The notes beneath the pieces are model-generated. The model saw only the letters and a list, made by a program, of their open reading frames with translations. It searched no databases and was not told the DNA's origin. Shown here one piece after another: positions 50,985 to 63,867 of a DNA stretch of 64,000 nt (the stretch's first letter is position 1; every line of letters begins with the position of its first letter). The stretch spans positions 34,784,001-34,848,000 of the forward strand of contig NC_087436.1 in NCBI RefSeq assembly GCF_036321535.1, in the 5' to 3' direction. The DNA comes from Camelus dromedarius. Taxonomy: Eukaryota. Position numbers and translations under genes: made by a program.

Positions 50985-52250
50985 GTTTTGCTCATTTTGG
51001 ATGAATTTCCATCTTCTGGAGTTCTACTTCATTTTGTTCTCTTGCTTCAGCAGCTTTCTCATGTCTTTAAAAATATAAAATTTGTAATTTATCCACTTTT
51101 TCCCTGGCTGTTGCAGTGGAAGTTTTGGGCTGCTGCCACTTACTGCATTTTATCTGGCAGTGGAAGTCCTTGTGAGGAAGATTTCTCTGGTTCATTCCCG
51201 TTTATTTGATTTGCACCTTTGCTTGTTAAATAATTTCTTTTTTTAAATGGATTTTATCTCCTCTTTTATTTATGTGAACATCACAAATAGATTTTCTTTA
51301 GATTCTTCAGTAGTTTTATAAGTTACTTTCATTTGCTTATGAACATGTATTCTGATCATTGAGTTTTCTGCTTTCTTTCTGAGCACTGTGATTTTTGTAA
51401 TTTTTTCCCTCTCCTTTTTGGATCCCCCTCCATCACCATTTCTACCTCTGCTTTCCTGGTTCTAATTGCTGAGTGCACCACTCCCCACCCTCAGTACAGT
51501 CTAGAATGAGGGCCAGTAATTGAGATATGAAGCTCCGATTCCAAGCTGATACTTGGGATTTTGCAGACTTAGTCACTGACCCATGGTCTTTTTAGGTTCA
51601 GTTCCTGTCTCCATTGAGGCTAGTTTTTTGCCCTCCCTGCTGCTTCCTAAAAGCCATAGCCCTAGGCGGTAGTCTGTGCTTTTTGTTTCCTTCTTTCATT
51701 ATTAATAGGGAGAGCCCCTGCTCCAGCCCCTAGTTTCAAACTGTGAGTCTGAGTCCTCTTAGTAGAGGCAGGAGAATCTGTCCCCACTTTTACTTTCACC
51801 CTCTGGTCCCCAAGCTGCCACTGCAGACTGGCTTGGCAAGTTAACATTTTAGGCCCACTCCCAGCATTGTGCTTTTCTGTTTCTCTTACTTTAAAATGTT
51901 TATTTTATTTTTGATTCTGGCAATATTTTTCTCTTTTCTTTTTGTTTTTATATTCCGTAATTCCTTTTTGGTTTTTATATCCCATAATATATTTTAGCAA
52001 AGGGGAACAGTTCATAAAAGCATGAAGTTACTACACTATCTTGGTCAAAAGTTTAGAGAGAAATTGTATCCTACATTTTGGCCAAACTCCTGACCTGATT
52101 TTAATTATCAATTATACTTACTAGATTTTTTAAAAGAAAAAATAGTATTTGATCCCTGACTGGTTTGAGGTATCAGTTAGACCTGTTCCACATTTTCACA
52201 TGCTTTAATTTATTGGAGGATAGTTTGGTTTGTATGAAAAGAACATAGGA

Positions 52251-52812
52251 GAACAACCTGTGTCTATTAACCTAGATAAATGGATAAAGAAATTGTGATA
52301 CACACACACACACACACACACCCCTCAGCCATAGAAAAATAAGGAAATCCTGCCATTTGTGACAATATGAAAGGGTCTAGAGGACATTATGCTAAGTGAA
52401 GTAAGTCAGACAGAGAAAGGCAAATACTGTATGATTTTACTTCATGTGGAATCTAAAAACACCAGACTCACAGAAACAGATCAGATTTGTGGTTGCCAGA
52501 GGCAAGGGAGAGAAGAAGGGGCATTAGTTTAAAGGTGGTCAAAAGGTACAAATTTAGAGTTGTAAGATCAGTAAGTTCTGGGGATGTAATGTGCAGCATG
52601 GGGACTACAGTTAACACTGTATCGCATATTTGAAAGGTGCTAAGAGAGTAGGTCTTAAAAGTTCTCATCACAAGAAAAAAATTATAACTACGTGAGACGA
52701 TGGTAGTAACTACTCTTATTGTGGTACCATTTTGCAGTATATACATATGTGTTATATACCTTAAGCTTATACATGTGATATGTCAATTATATATCAGTAA
52801 AACTGGAGAAAA
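52251..52812 (+). mobile_element. L1MA9-like 3' end with TSD
   Basis: GGAAATCCTGCCATTTGTGACAA; GCTAAGAGAGTAGGTCTTAAAAGTTCTCATCACAAG. TSD AAAAGAACATAGGA (52237-52250) / AAAAGAAAATAGAA (52811-52824). Internal (CA)n at ~52290-52321. Confidence 0.88.
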
Positions 52813-53749
52813 AAGAAAATAGAACCTGGGCTTGCTTTCCTAAGATAAGATGTATTAAGTAAGAATTATTATTGCTTTAGTTTTTCTAATTTCTTTTCAT
52901 CTTTTTAAATAACCTTTATTTTAAAGCCTAGCCTTTTGAAGAAACTTAATCATTTCATTAATAAAATGACAGGCAGGTATGTCAGCATTAAACTCCCAGG
53001 TGATTTTGGAAAGTGCTAGGTATTTAGGATTAACCTGCTAGGTAACTTCAAATGTATAATATTTTGATGCTAAATTTCACCAGATAGTAGTGAGATTTTA
53101 GGCTCCAGAATTCAAAATGGGTAATTTGATACTATTATGTATGATTTAATTGTAAAAATTCCCTTTTTTGCATCAAAGTAGGTGATAATGAATTTAGAAA
53201 AAATACAGATATTTATAATTGAACAGCATTAAATCTGAGGGTATTTTTTGTTTAGCCTTCATTCATAATTGCTGTGTCTAGCATGGGATAATGGGGTAAC
53301 TGAATAAAATGAAACATGTGAGAACAGTCTTCATATATTGAGTTTATTGATAAGTCACAGAAAATCAATGACATACCCCAAGTTAGGGAACTCAGGAGCC
53401 ATAAATAAACTGTTGACATTAATCATGTAATAATTTCAGCAAAATTATTAGGAACACCTGCCATCTACTAATTTTCTGGAATTTTAGTATTGAGACAAGT
53501 GACTTTTAGCAGCAAACAAACACAAAAATGTTTAATTCTCTCAGGAAAGAAAAATTTTAAAAGTTGCATATTCATTTAGAAGACCTTAAGATATATAAAT
53601 TTTTTTCTTCCATAAAAATGTTTCCAGATAATTTAATTGCTGAAAAATTAGCTTAAGTTGCCAGGTTTAGTCAGGTTGTTCTAAGAGTGTTCTTGTTTAA
53701 ATTGGACCTCAAGCTCTTATCTTACATAGCTTTTTGATATTTTCAGGAG

Positions 53750-53980
53750 TTCAGCATAATAACAGAGAAGAGCAACTCTGAAACAAATCAAACTCATTCC
53801 TACTGTGCCACTTACTGCTTGCTTCTCTTTGCAGCCTCCTTACCTCTATACCTTTGTTTCTTCATCTGTGAAATGGAAATGGTAATAGTATTTCCTTTTT
53901 CAGGATTACTGTGAGGGATAAATAAATTGATAGCGATAACTGGCCATAGTGCTTCATACATAGTAAGCGCTCAGTAATAT
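53750..53980 (+). mobile_element. MIR SINE
   Basis: TGCCACTTACT; TTTCTTCATCTGTGAAATGG; CATAGTAAGCGCTCAGTAA. Confidence 0.8.
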
Positions 53981-54254
53981 TTCCCATTCTCTTTGTTTTC
54001 CCAAAGAGAAAATAAATTAACACACACTGTACATTATACATATGTGTGATTTAGAAGACAAATGTATTACATCTTGCAAACTAATTCTCTGTCATCAGAA
54101 AGCCAAACCTGCTTTCTACCAGTTCGCTTTCCAGACCCGTATTTCAGTGACTATGTAGGATTTTTGAGCGTGGTATTTGAGAATTTGGTTTGTTACCATC
54201 AAGAGCAGCGTGAATTGATATACTGCTTTCAAGTAGATGGGAATCAGTGATTTT

Positions 54255-55180
54255 GATTGCTGTTGCATTAAAGGTTTATGAATAAAACTGTTACGAATGT
54301 TCATGTACAGATTTTTGTTTGGCCATTAGTTTTCAGTTGACTTAGGCAAATACCTGGAAGCCAGATTGCTGGGTCATATATTAGGTGTATGTTTAACTTT
54401 TTAAGAAGCTGTCAAACTTTTCCAGAGTGGCTGCACCATTTGGAAGTGGCTGTGGCATTGCTCTGCATCAGTTGCCAGCATTGGTGTTTTCAGGGTTTTC
54501 ATTTATTTCAGCAATTCTGACAGGTGTCTAGTGGTATTTTACTGTGGTTTTAATTTACATTTCCCTGATGACTAATGATTTTGAGTACATTTTCATATGC
54601 TTTTTTGACTCCCTTATATCTGCTTTTCTTAAGTGTCTGTTTTGGCTTTCTCCATTTTTTTCTTAATTTTTCTCATTTGTTTTCTTATTGTTGAGTTTTG
54701 AGAGTTTTAAAAAAATATTTTCTGGACACAAGTCCTTAGTAAGAAATTTACTTTGCAAATGTTTTTGGCCTCTGCAGTTTGTTTTTACATTCTCTTAACA
54801 GTGCTTTTGTAGGCATTATGAAAGTTAATTTTGAGAAAGTCAAATTTATTAATTTTTTTTAAGGATCCTGCTTTTTGCATAATATCTCAAAACTCTTTAC
54901 CTAACTCAAGATCAGAGAGATTTTCACCTGGAAATGTTTTACATCTAAGTTTATAATCTATTTTGACTCAATTTTTATGTAAAATATGAAAACTGTGTGG
55001 TGAGATTAACCTTTTTTACATTGAAATCCAATTGCTATCATTTTAAAGCATCATTTGTTGAAAAAACTTTCCTTTCTCAGTTAAATTACCTTTGCAACTT
55101 TGTGAAAAATCAGCTTCCTATATTCATGCTGATCTGTTACTAGGCTTTTGAAGTGTCTGTCTTTTGCAAATACCATACTA
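54255..55180 (-). mobile_element. Old L1 ORF2 3' region fragment
   Basis: GATTGCTGGGTCATAT; TTCCAGAGTGGCTGCACCATTT; CATTTCCCTGATGACTAATGAT; GCATCATTTGTTGAAAA. Confidence 0.8.
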
Positions 55181-55184
55181 TTTT

Positions 55185-56435
55185 TTGTTAATTTACAGGT
55201 TTTATTTTTAGAGCACTTTAGGCTTGCTGCTCTTAAGGGTAAAGTGCAGAGAGTTTCCAGATACCTCCATCCCTACACACACAGCCTCTTCCACCATCAA
55301 TACCCCACGTCACAGTGCTGCATTTGTTAATGAGTGATGAACCTGCTTTGACACATCGCTATCCTCCAAAGTTTAGAGTTGACATTGGGGCTCACTCTTG
55401 GTGTTTACGTCCTGTGGATTTTAACAAATGGGTGATGACATGTAACCACCATCTTTGTACCATACACAGTACTTTGACTGCCCTAAAAAGCCTCTGTGCT
55501 CTGCCTATACATTCCTCCTTCCCCAACCTCTGGCTACTACTGATCCTTGTACTGTTTCCATAGTTTTTCCTTTTCCAGAATGTTTGACACTTGGAATCAT
55601 ACAGTATATTGCCTTTTCATGTTGGCTTCTTTTACTTGGTAATATACATTTAAGGTTCCTCCATATGTTTTCATGGCCTGATAGCTCATTTTCTTTTCGT
55701 GCTGAATGATATTCCATTGTCTGGGTGTACCACAGTTTTTATTAAGATTCACTGACTGAAGGACATCTTGGTTGCTTCCACATTTTGGCAATTATGAATA
55801 AAGCTGTTGTGTACGTCTGTGTGCAGATGTTTGCATGGACGTAAGTTTTCAGTTCATTTGGGTAAATATCGGGGGGCACGACTGCTGGATCATAAGAGCA
55901 TGTTTAGTTTTGTAAGAAAATTGTCAAACTGTCTTCCAAATTGGTTGTAGCGTTTTGCATTCCCACCAGCAATGAACGAGAGTCCCTGTTGCTCCACATC
56001 CTTGCCAGTATTCAGTTTGTCAGTGTTTGGATTTTGGCCATTGTAACACGTATGTAGCAGCTTCTTGTTTTAATTTGCAATTCCCTAACGACATATGATG
56101 TTGAATATCTTCTCATATGCTTGCTTGCCATCTGTACAGCTTCTTTGGTGAGGTGTCTGTTCAGGTCTTTTGCCTGTTTTTCCTTCGGGTTGTTTTCCAG
56201 TGCCCAGGTGCACTGCCCCAGGTAAGCAAGTGCTTGTCTACCTACTTCTGAGTCTACCTGCAGGTGTCTGTGCCACCTTAGATTTGGGGCTAGGTGACCA
56301 CCCTGTGACCTAAGCTTTCTCATGGGTTCAAGAAAAGTGTTGAACTTGCAGCTCATCTGGCTTATTTTGTTGTAAGGCTGAGAGGGAGGCTCTCAAGCAG
56401 TTCTCTGCACCCGAGGGAGTGAGCCAGAGAGTGAG
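55185..56435 (-). mobile_element. L1MC1-like element: 3' UTR and ORF2 end (55185-56195) joined to an L1MC-like 5' end (~56196-56435)
   Basis: ACTGCCCTAAAAAGCCTCTGTGCTCTGCCTAT (L1MC1-type 3' UTR). Minus-strand peptide [43 protein letters not shown] matches the ORF2p C-terminal region. Confidence 0.82.
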
Positions 56436-57189
56436 CTGAACCCCGATGTTCAACAGTGAAAACTTCAAGGGAACTATTGTACATGTAGGAGCTGTCCATC
56501 TAATAGTATATTCCTTGTAATACTTGTGGCAGCTTTTAAAAGTTAATTAGCCTCCTGAGAAAAGGCAGTAAAAAACCCAAAAAAAGAATAGATGTCTTTC
56601 ATTTCAGAACTGCCCTAATGGTCCATCAGCTGCCGTTCTGCCAGGAAATCAGAAGGCCAGCGACATAAGGGTGCTGCTGCCCATACTTACATTCAAGATG
56701 GAGTTGAAAATAGAGAAAAGCTAGTTCAAGGACTTTAAATTGAATTCATAAAAATATTAAGAATAATATATTTTTGCCTGAATTTTAATAATGTAACAAA
56801 GAAATGTGAGACATTTAATAGCGTACACACACAGAGGTAAAACCCTGCAGCATACTGCTGCTTTTGAAGATGGTGATTATCTTCATATGAATGTGATAAC
56901 CTAACACTATTACATTATCTCATGTGAATGATAATATATATATAGTCACAAACAGGAAAACCTGTTGTAGACTATCTAAAGTACTCTTACTTAGGGTGTG
57001 CATACGTTGATGGGATTTTCATTTTATAAAATAATGTAACCTAATAGAAAATGTGGATCTATGTGTCACTCGGTGGTGTACGTATCCCTGTGTGGTGCTT
57101 TTGTTGGAATAATTGAAAGGGCACTGAATATGGGAGTCTAGTAAATTTTTTATCCTAGTGTTTTAAAGTAGCAGTTTTCCCATTAATTA

Positions 57190-57880
57190 CTATCCATTCA
57201 TGAAACACATTTTATAGAGTGTTTGTGATGCGCTGATAATGGCTCTGAGTGCTGGGAAACTAGCAGTGCACAAGACAGGCACTGTCATGCGGGAGGCGGG
57301 GTGGAGGTGGGGGAGCTTCCCCCCAGCCTTATGGTGCAAATAGTACACAAATAATTCAATAAGATTTTTTGAGAATATGTTAAATACTACAAAGAAAACA
57401 GGATGAGGTGTTAAAGTAACAGCAGTACATGATGATGAAGGCTGTTTCAGGCATGGTGATCAGGGCAGGCCTCTTCAGGAGTAAATTTTGTGTTGAAATG
57501 TGAAGAATAAGAGATTCTGCCTGGGGGAGCTTTCTATGCAGAGGAAGCAGCAAGTCCACAGGCCCTGACTGGAGACATGCTGGGTGTTAGAAGTGAAAGG
57601 GGGACAGTGTGCTGGAACAAAAGGGAGGACTCGGAATGAAGCCTGGGATTTTGACTTCAGGCCCTCGGGGAGGACGGGGTCCACTAAATGATGGGGAAGG
57701 CAGGTGGGGAGGAACTTATTTTGAAGGTAAAATGGAAAGAGAATGCTTCTTTAAACGTTAAATTTGAGATACCTGTAGCACCCCCACATGGAGATGGCAG
57801 ATAGACAGTTTGGGGAAGTGTCAGTTTTGAGTTCAGGGGTGAGATCAAGGCTAGAAAAAGTTGCTCAACGTTTTTAAAGC
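57190..57880 (-). mobile_element. L2 fragment
   Basis: CCATTCATGAAACACATTTTATAGAG; AGCAGTGCACAAGACAGG; GGTGATCAGGGCAGGCCTC. Confidence 0.65.
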
Positions 57881-59773
57881 CATAGATTGGCTGCTGGTTT
57901 TAACATAACTGAGTAATGCCTGGGGAAAGTCTGATAACAAGAAAGTGAAACTATGAGAGACCTATAAACCCAAACCTGAAGGTAGATAATATAGAAGTTA
58001 ACATAAAATTGAATGCAGACCAAAACTGACAGGACATTTATGCTTTAAAATAAGTGCACACCCTGAAGGTCATCGAGAGCATAAAGGCTCTTGTCGGGAA
58101 CCATGGAGACAGGTTATAAACTTATGCTGGAAGTTTCCCTGGGCCCAGTTAAGCAAAAAGGAAGAACAGAGAAGTCAGGGAGAATGAGTCACACAGAAGA
58201 GCTGTATGCAAGAGACAGACATTGGGGGCTGGTGGGGGAGGGGGTTGTGGTGAGATACTCCGCCTTATGTACATCCCCTCAGTTTCTGATCTTAATTGGC
58301 TGTGGAGACGTAGAAGCACACCCATAACTCTGAGTCATATGGAGAAGGCTGGACACTGGATACACAAACCTGCAATTGCTGGTCCAGAAAGAAGTTATCT
58401 ATTGAAGAAGAGCTGTTACAAGATATGTAAAATATATATCGCAGAAACAGAAGGGGGAAGGAGACTGAAAAACAGTACCAGAAACACCCACCAGAAAAAT
58501 GCTGCCATGAAACAAAAAGAAATCTTTAGCTAAACATATTGTCTTGAATGAAAACAGTTAATGAGCAATTGCCTGACTTAAACAGTTTCACGAAGCAGAG
58601 ATATAAGTGGAGAAGAGATTGGGAGACAACAGAATAAGATAAATCAGACTCAGAATACGTATGGGGATTTGTTCTGTGGGGGAAAAAAAGAGGAATTTCA
58701 AATCAATTCACTAGGAGAGAGATAATTTAATAAATGGTTTGGGGATAACTGTGGAGCCATGAGGGAAAAAAAATTGGAACCCTAGGTCACACCTGTCAGA
58801 ATTAATTTGAATAAAAAATAAAATGTGCAAAGCATTTGCAGAAACCATGAGGAATTATTTTTAACATTAATATCAGACAGAGTAGGTTTTGGAGAAAAGA
58901 ATATTACCAAATCCTCATACTGATAGAACTTATTGATAAATTGGGTCTTGTTGCTATTGGGATTGAAAGACTGAGAAGAGAGCTGTAGACAGGAATATCT
59001 GTAAATTTCTGGTATTCATAATTAGATGGATTCTGTCCTGTCACCATTGTATCTTTCAGTATCTCATTCAGTTCATGGAATGCTCAAGTAAGTATTTGTT
59101 GAAAATGAATGAGTATTGTTTTAGTTAGGAAAAAGTTGCGTTCAACTTCAGTATAAATTATCTGCATAGGAAATGTGTTCTTTAGTGGAATTAAACCTAA
59201 TATATTCTTCAATATATTGAATTTTGAACATATATCAAATGGGACCTAGACTGTAGTTAATCTTTGAAAAGTTTTTTAAAATAAAATTTGTGTGTGACAA
59301 ACTAGATAAAACGCACTCACTTTGTGAGCCATGATGATAAAATACTTGTAAATTCTGTAGAACTCTTTGATATTTTTCCTGTTATTGGGGTGGTCCCCAA
59401 GGTTTTCTTTTCCTTTGCAACACATTTTAGTTTTATTATAAACAGCTCAAGCTTGTATTCTTAATTCGAAAAATCAGGAAGGGAATATTGAAATCTTGTT
59501 TCCTCAAGTTCCTACTGCTCTTCTTAATATGCTGAATCACAAATACACATACACTCACCCACTTCATTGTGGAAAATCTTGTTATTGGAATGTGAACTAT
59601 TTAGGACCAGTATTTTCATTAAGCCAGAAATTGAAACTTGTGCAATATTTTTATTCTAAAACCTTGATTTATTTTTTAAAACAATATTTATAACCTGTAA
59701 TTCTAGTGTTTGAATAAGAAATCTTAATATTGTGGCCAATAACATTCCGAGCGCTCACATGGCTGTTTTACAG

Positions 59774-60003
59774 GTGTGTTCTGCTCCCTCTGTTGGGGAT
59801 GAAGCCTCCGCAGCAGAGCCTGTACCTGCTCGTGGATTCTGTTGACGAAGGGTGCAGTGTGACCGAAGGAGAGCACACATCTGCCAGTTTATCTGGGACT
59901 GTTGCAGAGCTTTTAGCTGCTCACCACGAGTTCTTCCCACCATGGTTATTGCTTCTCTGTTCTGCCCGAAAACAGAGCAAAGCTGTTACTAAAATGTTTA
60001 CCG
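59774..60003 (+). CDS. ANKRD50: ANKRD50 exon 3 (230 nt, internal coding exon)
   Basis: Acceptor TTTTACAG|G and donor CCG|GTAAGT. Joining AG+G restores Arg171 and continues in frame as [26 protein letters not shown]...[22 protein letters not shown], matching ANKRD50. The gene continues beyond the window. Confidence 0.96.
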
Positions 60004-61109
60004 GTAAGTGCAATTACTGCCACTCTCAAATGTTTTTCATTGATGAGCTAATACACGTGTTTCTTTCTGAGAGGAGAGTGCTTAGTTGAAAAATCTGGTT
60101 GTTGCTTCTGCTGTTTTGTCAGCTGTTCTGTCTGTTCCATCAGCTGTTTTCAACTGTACCTTGTTCAAGTTGTGTTAAAAACAAGCCATAGAATATTGTA
60201 AGATCATTTAACAGTACCTTTTCCCCCCAGATTCTTTATGTCGCTTCCTTAGTAAAGGTTAGGAGTATTTCCTGTCGTGTTAGCTCTTCTGTATCTGTAG
60301 GGCTGCATTTTTTATGCTGATGTGTCCTGATGACAGCTTATGCTATTTCTTCTAACTAGACTGGACATCTTGAGAGTAGTGAATATGCCTATTTAAAAAT
60401 CAATGGCAGTTTCTCTAAGACGGGTTTAAGAGGAGAGACAGTTGACAGTCTTTTAGGATAACTGATGAAATAGATCCTTTTCTTAACCCTTTGCTGATGT
60501 GTGAGAAAGCGATTTATATAATGTATAGAAATTCATGATCAGTTGTTTTTTTTTTCTTAAATTCTCCCTTGTTTCCTGACTTTACTTTTCTACTACCACG
60601 ATAAGGTTGTGGTTACTCCTGTTAGATTATGTAAAACACTTTTCTTTGTGCTATGGGAAATAACAGGAGCATACAGCAGGAACACTCACAGGATTTATAG
60701 TGTGATTGGAAAGATAATAATCAAGTTATTGGTTAATTAGCCATGCCACTTTTAAACTTCCTTTTTTGGAAGGGTGAAACCTTATTAATTTGTGAAAACA
60801 GTTTCCTTTAACCAGATTTATATTCCCTCTCTTTCAGATTCCCTAGCTACTAATGACAGCACTTAGGGTTTGGCTTCCTTTATACTATTCTTTTTTGTTG
60901 TTACTGACAAAGATCTAGTCACTAGAAGTTGGAGGGTTAACAGGGTAACAGCTAATGTTATGTAGCTGTTAGTATGTCAGGTACAGATAAAGTTGAAGCC
61001 CCTTTCTTTCCCTTCTTGATTAGAAACGATCAGTGTTATTAGTTTATCTTATATCCTTTCAACTCATATTAAGTTCTGTACGTTTTTATAGTTTGTAGGA
61101 ATGAAACAC

Positions 61110-61320
61110 TGCATATACCAGCTTAGCTCTTCCTAATCACTGGCCGCGTGACCTTATGCAGCTTACTAGTACATCCTGTGCCTCAGTTTCCTCATCTAGA
61201 AAGTGAGGATTATACTTCCCTGCTACTTCCCCACAGGGTTTTTATGAGGTTAAATGACAAATTACATGACGGGAAGCACTTAAAACCATTCCTGGTACAT
61301 AATAAGTGCTTCATTAGGTG
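61110..61320 (+). mobile_element. MIR SINE
   Basis: GTGACCTT..CTGTGCCTCAGTTTCCTCATCT..CCACAGGGTTTTTATGAGGTTAAATGA..CCTGGTACATAATAAGTGCT. Confidence 0.85.
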
Positions 61321-61369
61321 TACTGCTGCTGTCATTATCATTATCATCATCTCCTCTTTTTGTGCAAAC

Positions 61370-62125
61370 ATTATTTTTTGAGCCTTATTCCTTTTGCTAC
61401 TTATTAACCCAGTTCTGTGGTTTTAATTGCTGTATACTATTCCTTCCCATGAATAAATCTCCAGTTTTCCCATTATCCTATTCATGGACACTTAGATTAT
61501 TTCAATTTTTCACTATAACAAAAATGCTTCATGAACATGCTTGAACACATCTTCTTGTGCACCTGTGCTAAAGGTTTACATGATAAACCTGGACACATAA
61601 TTACTAAACTATAGAGTGTGTACATTTTGAGCTTTACTTAATTTTGCCAGACTGCTGTCTGATGTGCTGGAAATAACTTACGCTCCTACCAGCAGCACAT
61701 GAGATTTCCCTTTTCTCTATATTCTCATCAGTTGACACTTGTTATTTTCAGATCTGCTTTTTCTGCATTAGGGTCTTGGGCTTATGTTCCCTCTGACTGG
61801 AGTGATCTTCTCCTGAACTTCTTACTGTCTTTAACATTTCAGCCTCTGCTCAAATGTCACTTAGGCAGACTTCTCTGTATTTTTCTATTCTATTTCTGTT
61901 TTTGCCTCCTCAGCTGCTTAGCCACACACTCGTTATGTCTTGTTTCATTTTCTTCATATGTCTCATTACTGTTTAAAATTGTTTGTATTTTATATTTGTT
62001 TTCTTACTTGTGTGTCTCCTCCACTAGGATATAGTCTCCGTAAGAACAGGACATTTGCTTGTCTTGTCTGCTACTGTGTCTCCGCAGCAGCTAGAACACA
62101 GCTGGGAACAGGCAAATAAATGAGT
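61370..62125. mobile_element. L1ME-like fragment (-, ~61370-61755) followed by an L2 3' end (+, ~61760-62125)
   Basis: TGGACACTTAGATTATTTTCAATTTTT; CTCCTACCAGCAG; then TCTCTGCTCAAATGTCAC..TCTCCTCCACTAG..GTCTTGTCTGCTACTGTGTCTCC. Confidence 0.65.
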
Positions 62126-63867
62126 TTGTGTCTCTTTGAACCATGTCTTGGTGGAAAAAGCAGTGACCCAGGAAGGAATAAGGAGGAACTGAATATGGCC
62201 CTGTTCTCTTTCCATACTCCTTCTAAAATGCTGTTAATTATTAAAAGTGCAGGGCTGTAATGAGCGTTGGACTATATCTCTATTGATGATAGATTTGGAA
62301 TTTGGGGGTCAACACTGAAGAATATTACTGAAGTTATGAATACATATTGTCAAGTTGCTTTCCAGAAGGTATACATCATATTATATATCTACCTGAGAGT
62401 GTTCGTTTCTCAGAAATTCTACCAGTAGTGAATTACTTATTTTCATATTTACAAATTTAGTGTGTGAAATTTAGTTTTATTTGCACTTCTTATTTACTAT
62501 TGATTTCTTTCCTCTTTATGCTTATTTTATCAGTTTGTCTTTTTTCCCTGTGAATTCTTATTTTCTCACCTTTACTGTGTCTCCTTCAGGAAGTTAATGA
62601 TATTCTAATTGATTATTAAGAGAGCTTTTATTTCATATTTTATTAATCTTTGCAACTATTTTCTTCAGCTTTTTAAAATTATCATAATTCTTTTGAAGTC
62701 TATTATATGTAATGTAATGTATTGTCCTTTAATATCTAATATTCTTATTTTTATATTTAGTGATTTTTATCCATATAGTATATATTCTACTGAATGGTGT
62801 GAAATAAGACTCTAACTTGGATACTTTATCAAACCACAGATTTTCTCAGCACTACTTATGGGCTCCCATTAGTTATACATGCTTCTTTTATCATATGTTA
62901 AGTTTCAGTTTAAGTGCGTGTATATATATCACTTTGTGTTACTGATATATTTCTAAGCCATCTGTCTGTTCTTCTAAACTATCTGTCAGCATTTTTAGGC
63001 AACTGTCACATTGGTTTAATATTTAAAATTTTTTTGTACAATTACTTCCCAGTCCTCCTTGCCATCAATGTTATTATTTTAAAAGGTATATTTTACCTTT
63101 ATTCCTCCAGATTGACTTTAGTAGCTTTTTAAAATTCTAACTACCAATGATACAAAAAATTATTAAATAGGGTTAAAATTTAGGAAATTTTTGATATTTA
63201 AAATATGCTTTCTTTCCATCCACAAACCTGGCATATTTTTTCACTTACTCAACTTTTTAAAAACCTTTTTTTCAGTGTTCCTTATATATATCCTACACAT
63301 TTCTTTCTGCTTTTTACTGATGCTTTAAGTTGAAATGTATGGATTTTGCACTGAGAGGTATGCATTCCAAATTAGAACTGGCGGGTGCAACTTATCTCAC
63401 AGGCTTGACATAAAAAGACGTGTACATGATCAGCACTGAAGTGCTGCTTTGAAAATAACTGACTCTTAATAAGTGCTGTTCTCCTGTATTTCTTTCTTAA
63501 GAACCAAACCTGTTACAATAGAGCTTTAGCCTAGATTCTGTCTTAATTAACTCAAGTTTCAACCATGGTATCTTAGTTAAATAGGTTTAAATTGTAGATA
63601 TTTATTCATAATAAGCATTATAATCTTTTATGTAAATCAGTATCTACAAGATCACTTTGGAAACTTTAAAACACTGTAAGATATTATTTCTTAAATCCTT
63701 TTTATTAGCAACATGCCAGGTGTTTTCCAGCCTAAATTGTTATAATGAATTTAGAAAGCCAAAAGCAAATGAACACACAAAAGGGCAAGTTAATCTCATA
63801 TCACTAGTAAGTGTAGATTGTTATAAATTTCTAGGCATGTTTTAAACTCTCCTGAAATTACACAAAA

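Noticed and set aside
59730..60089. 119-aa ORF as a standalone gene
   Set aside because: Only 59774-60003 is exon 3; the flanks are intronic read-through.
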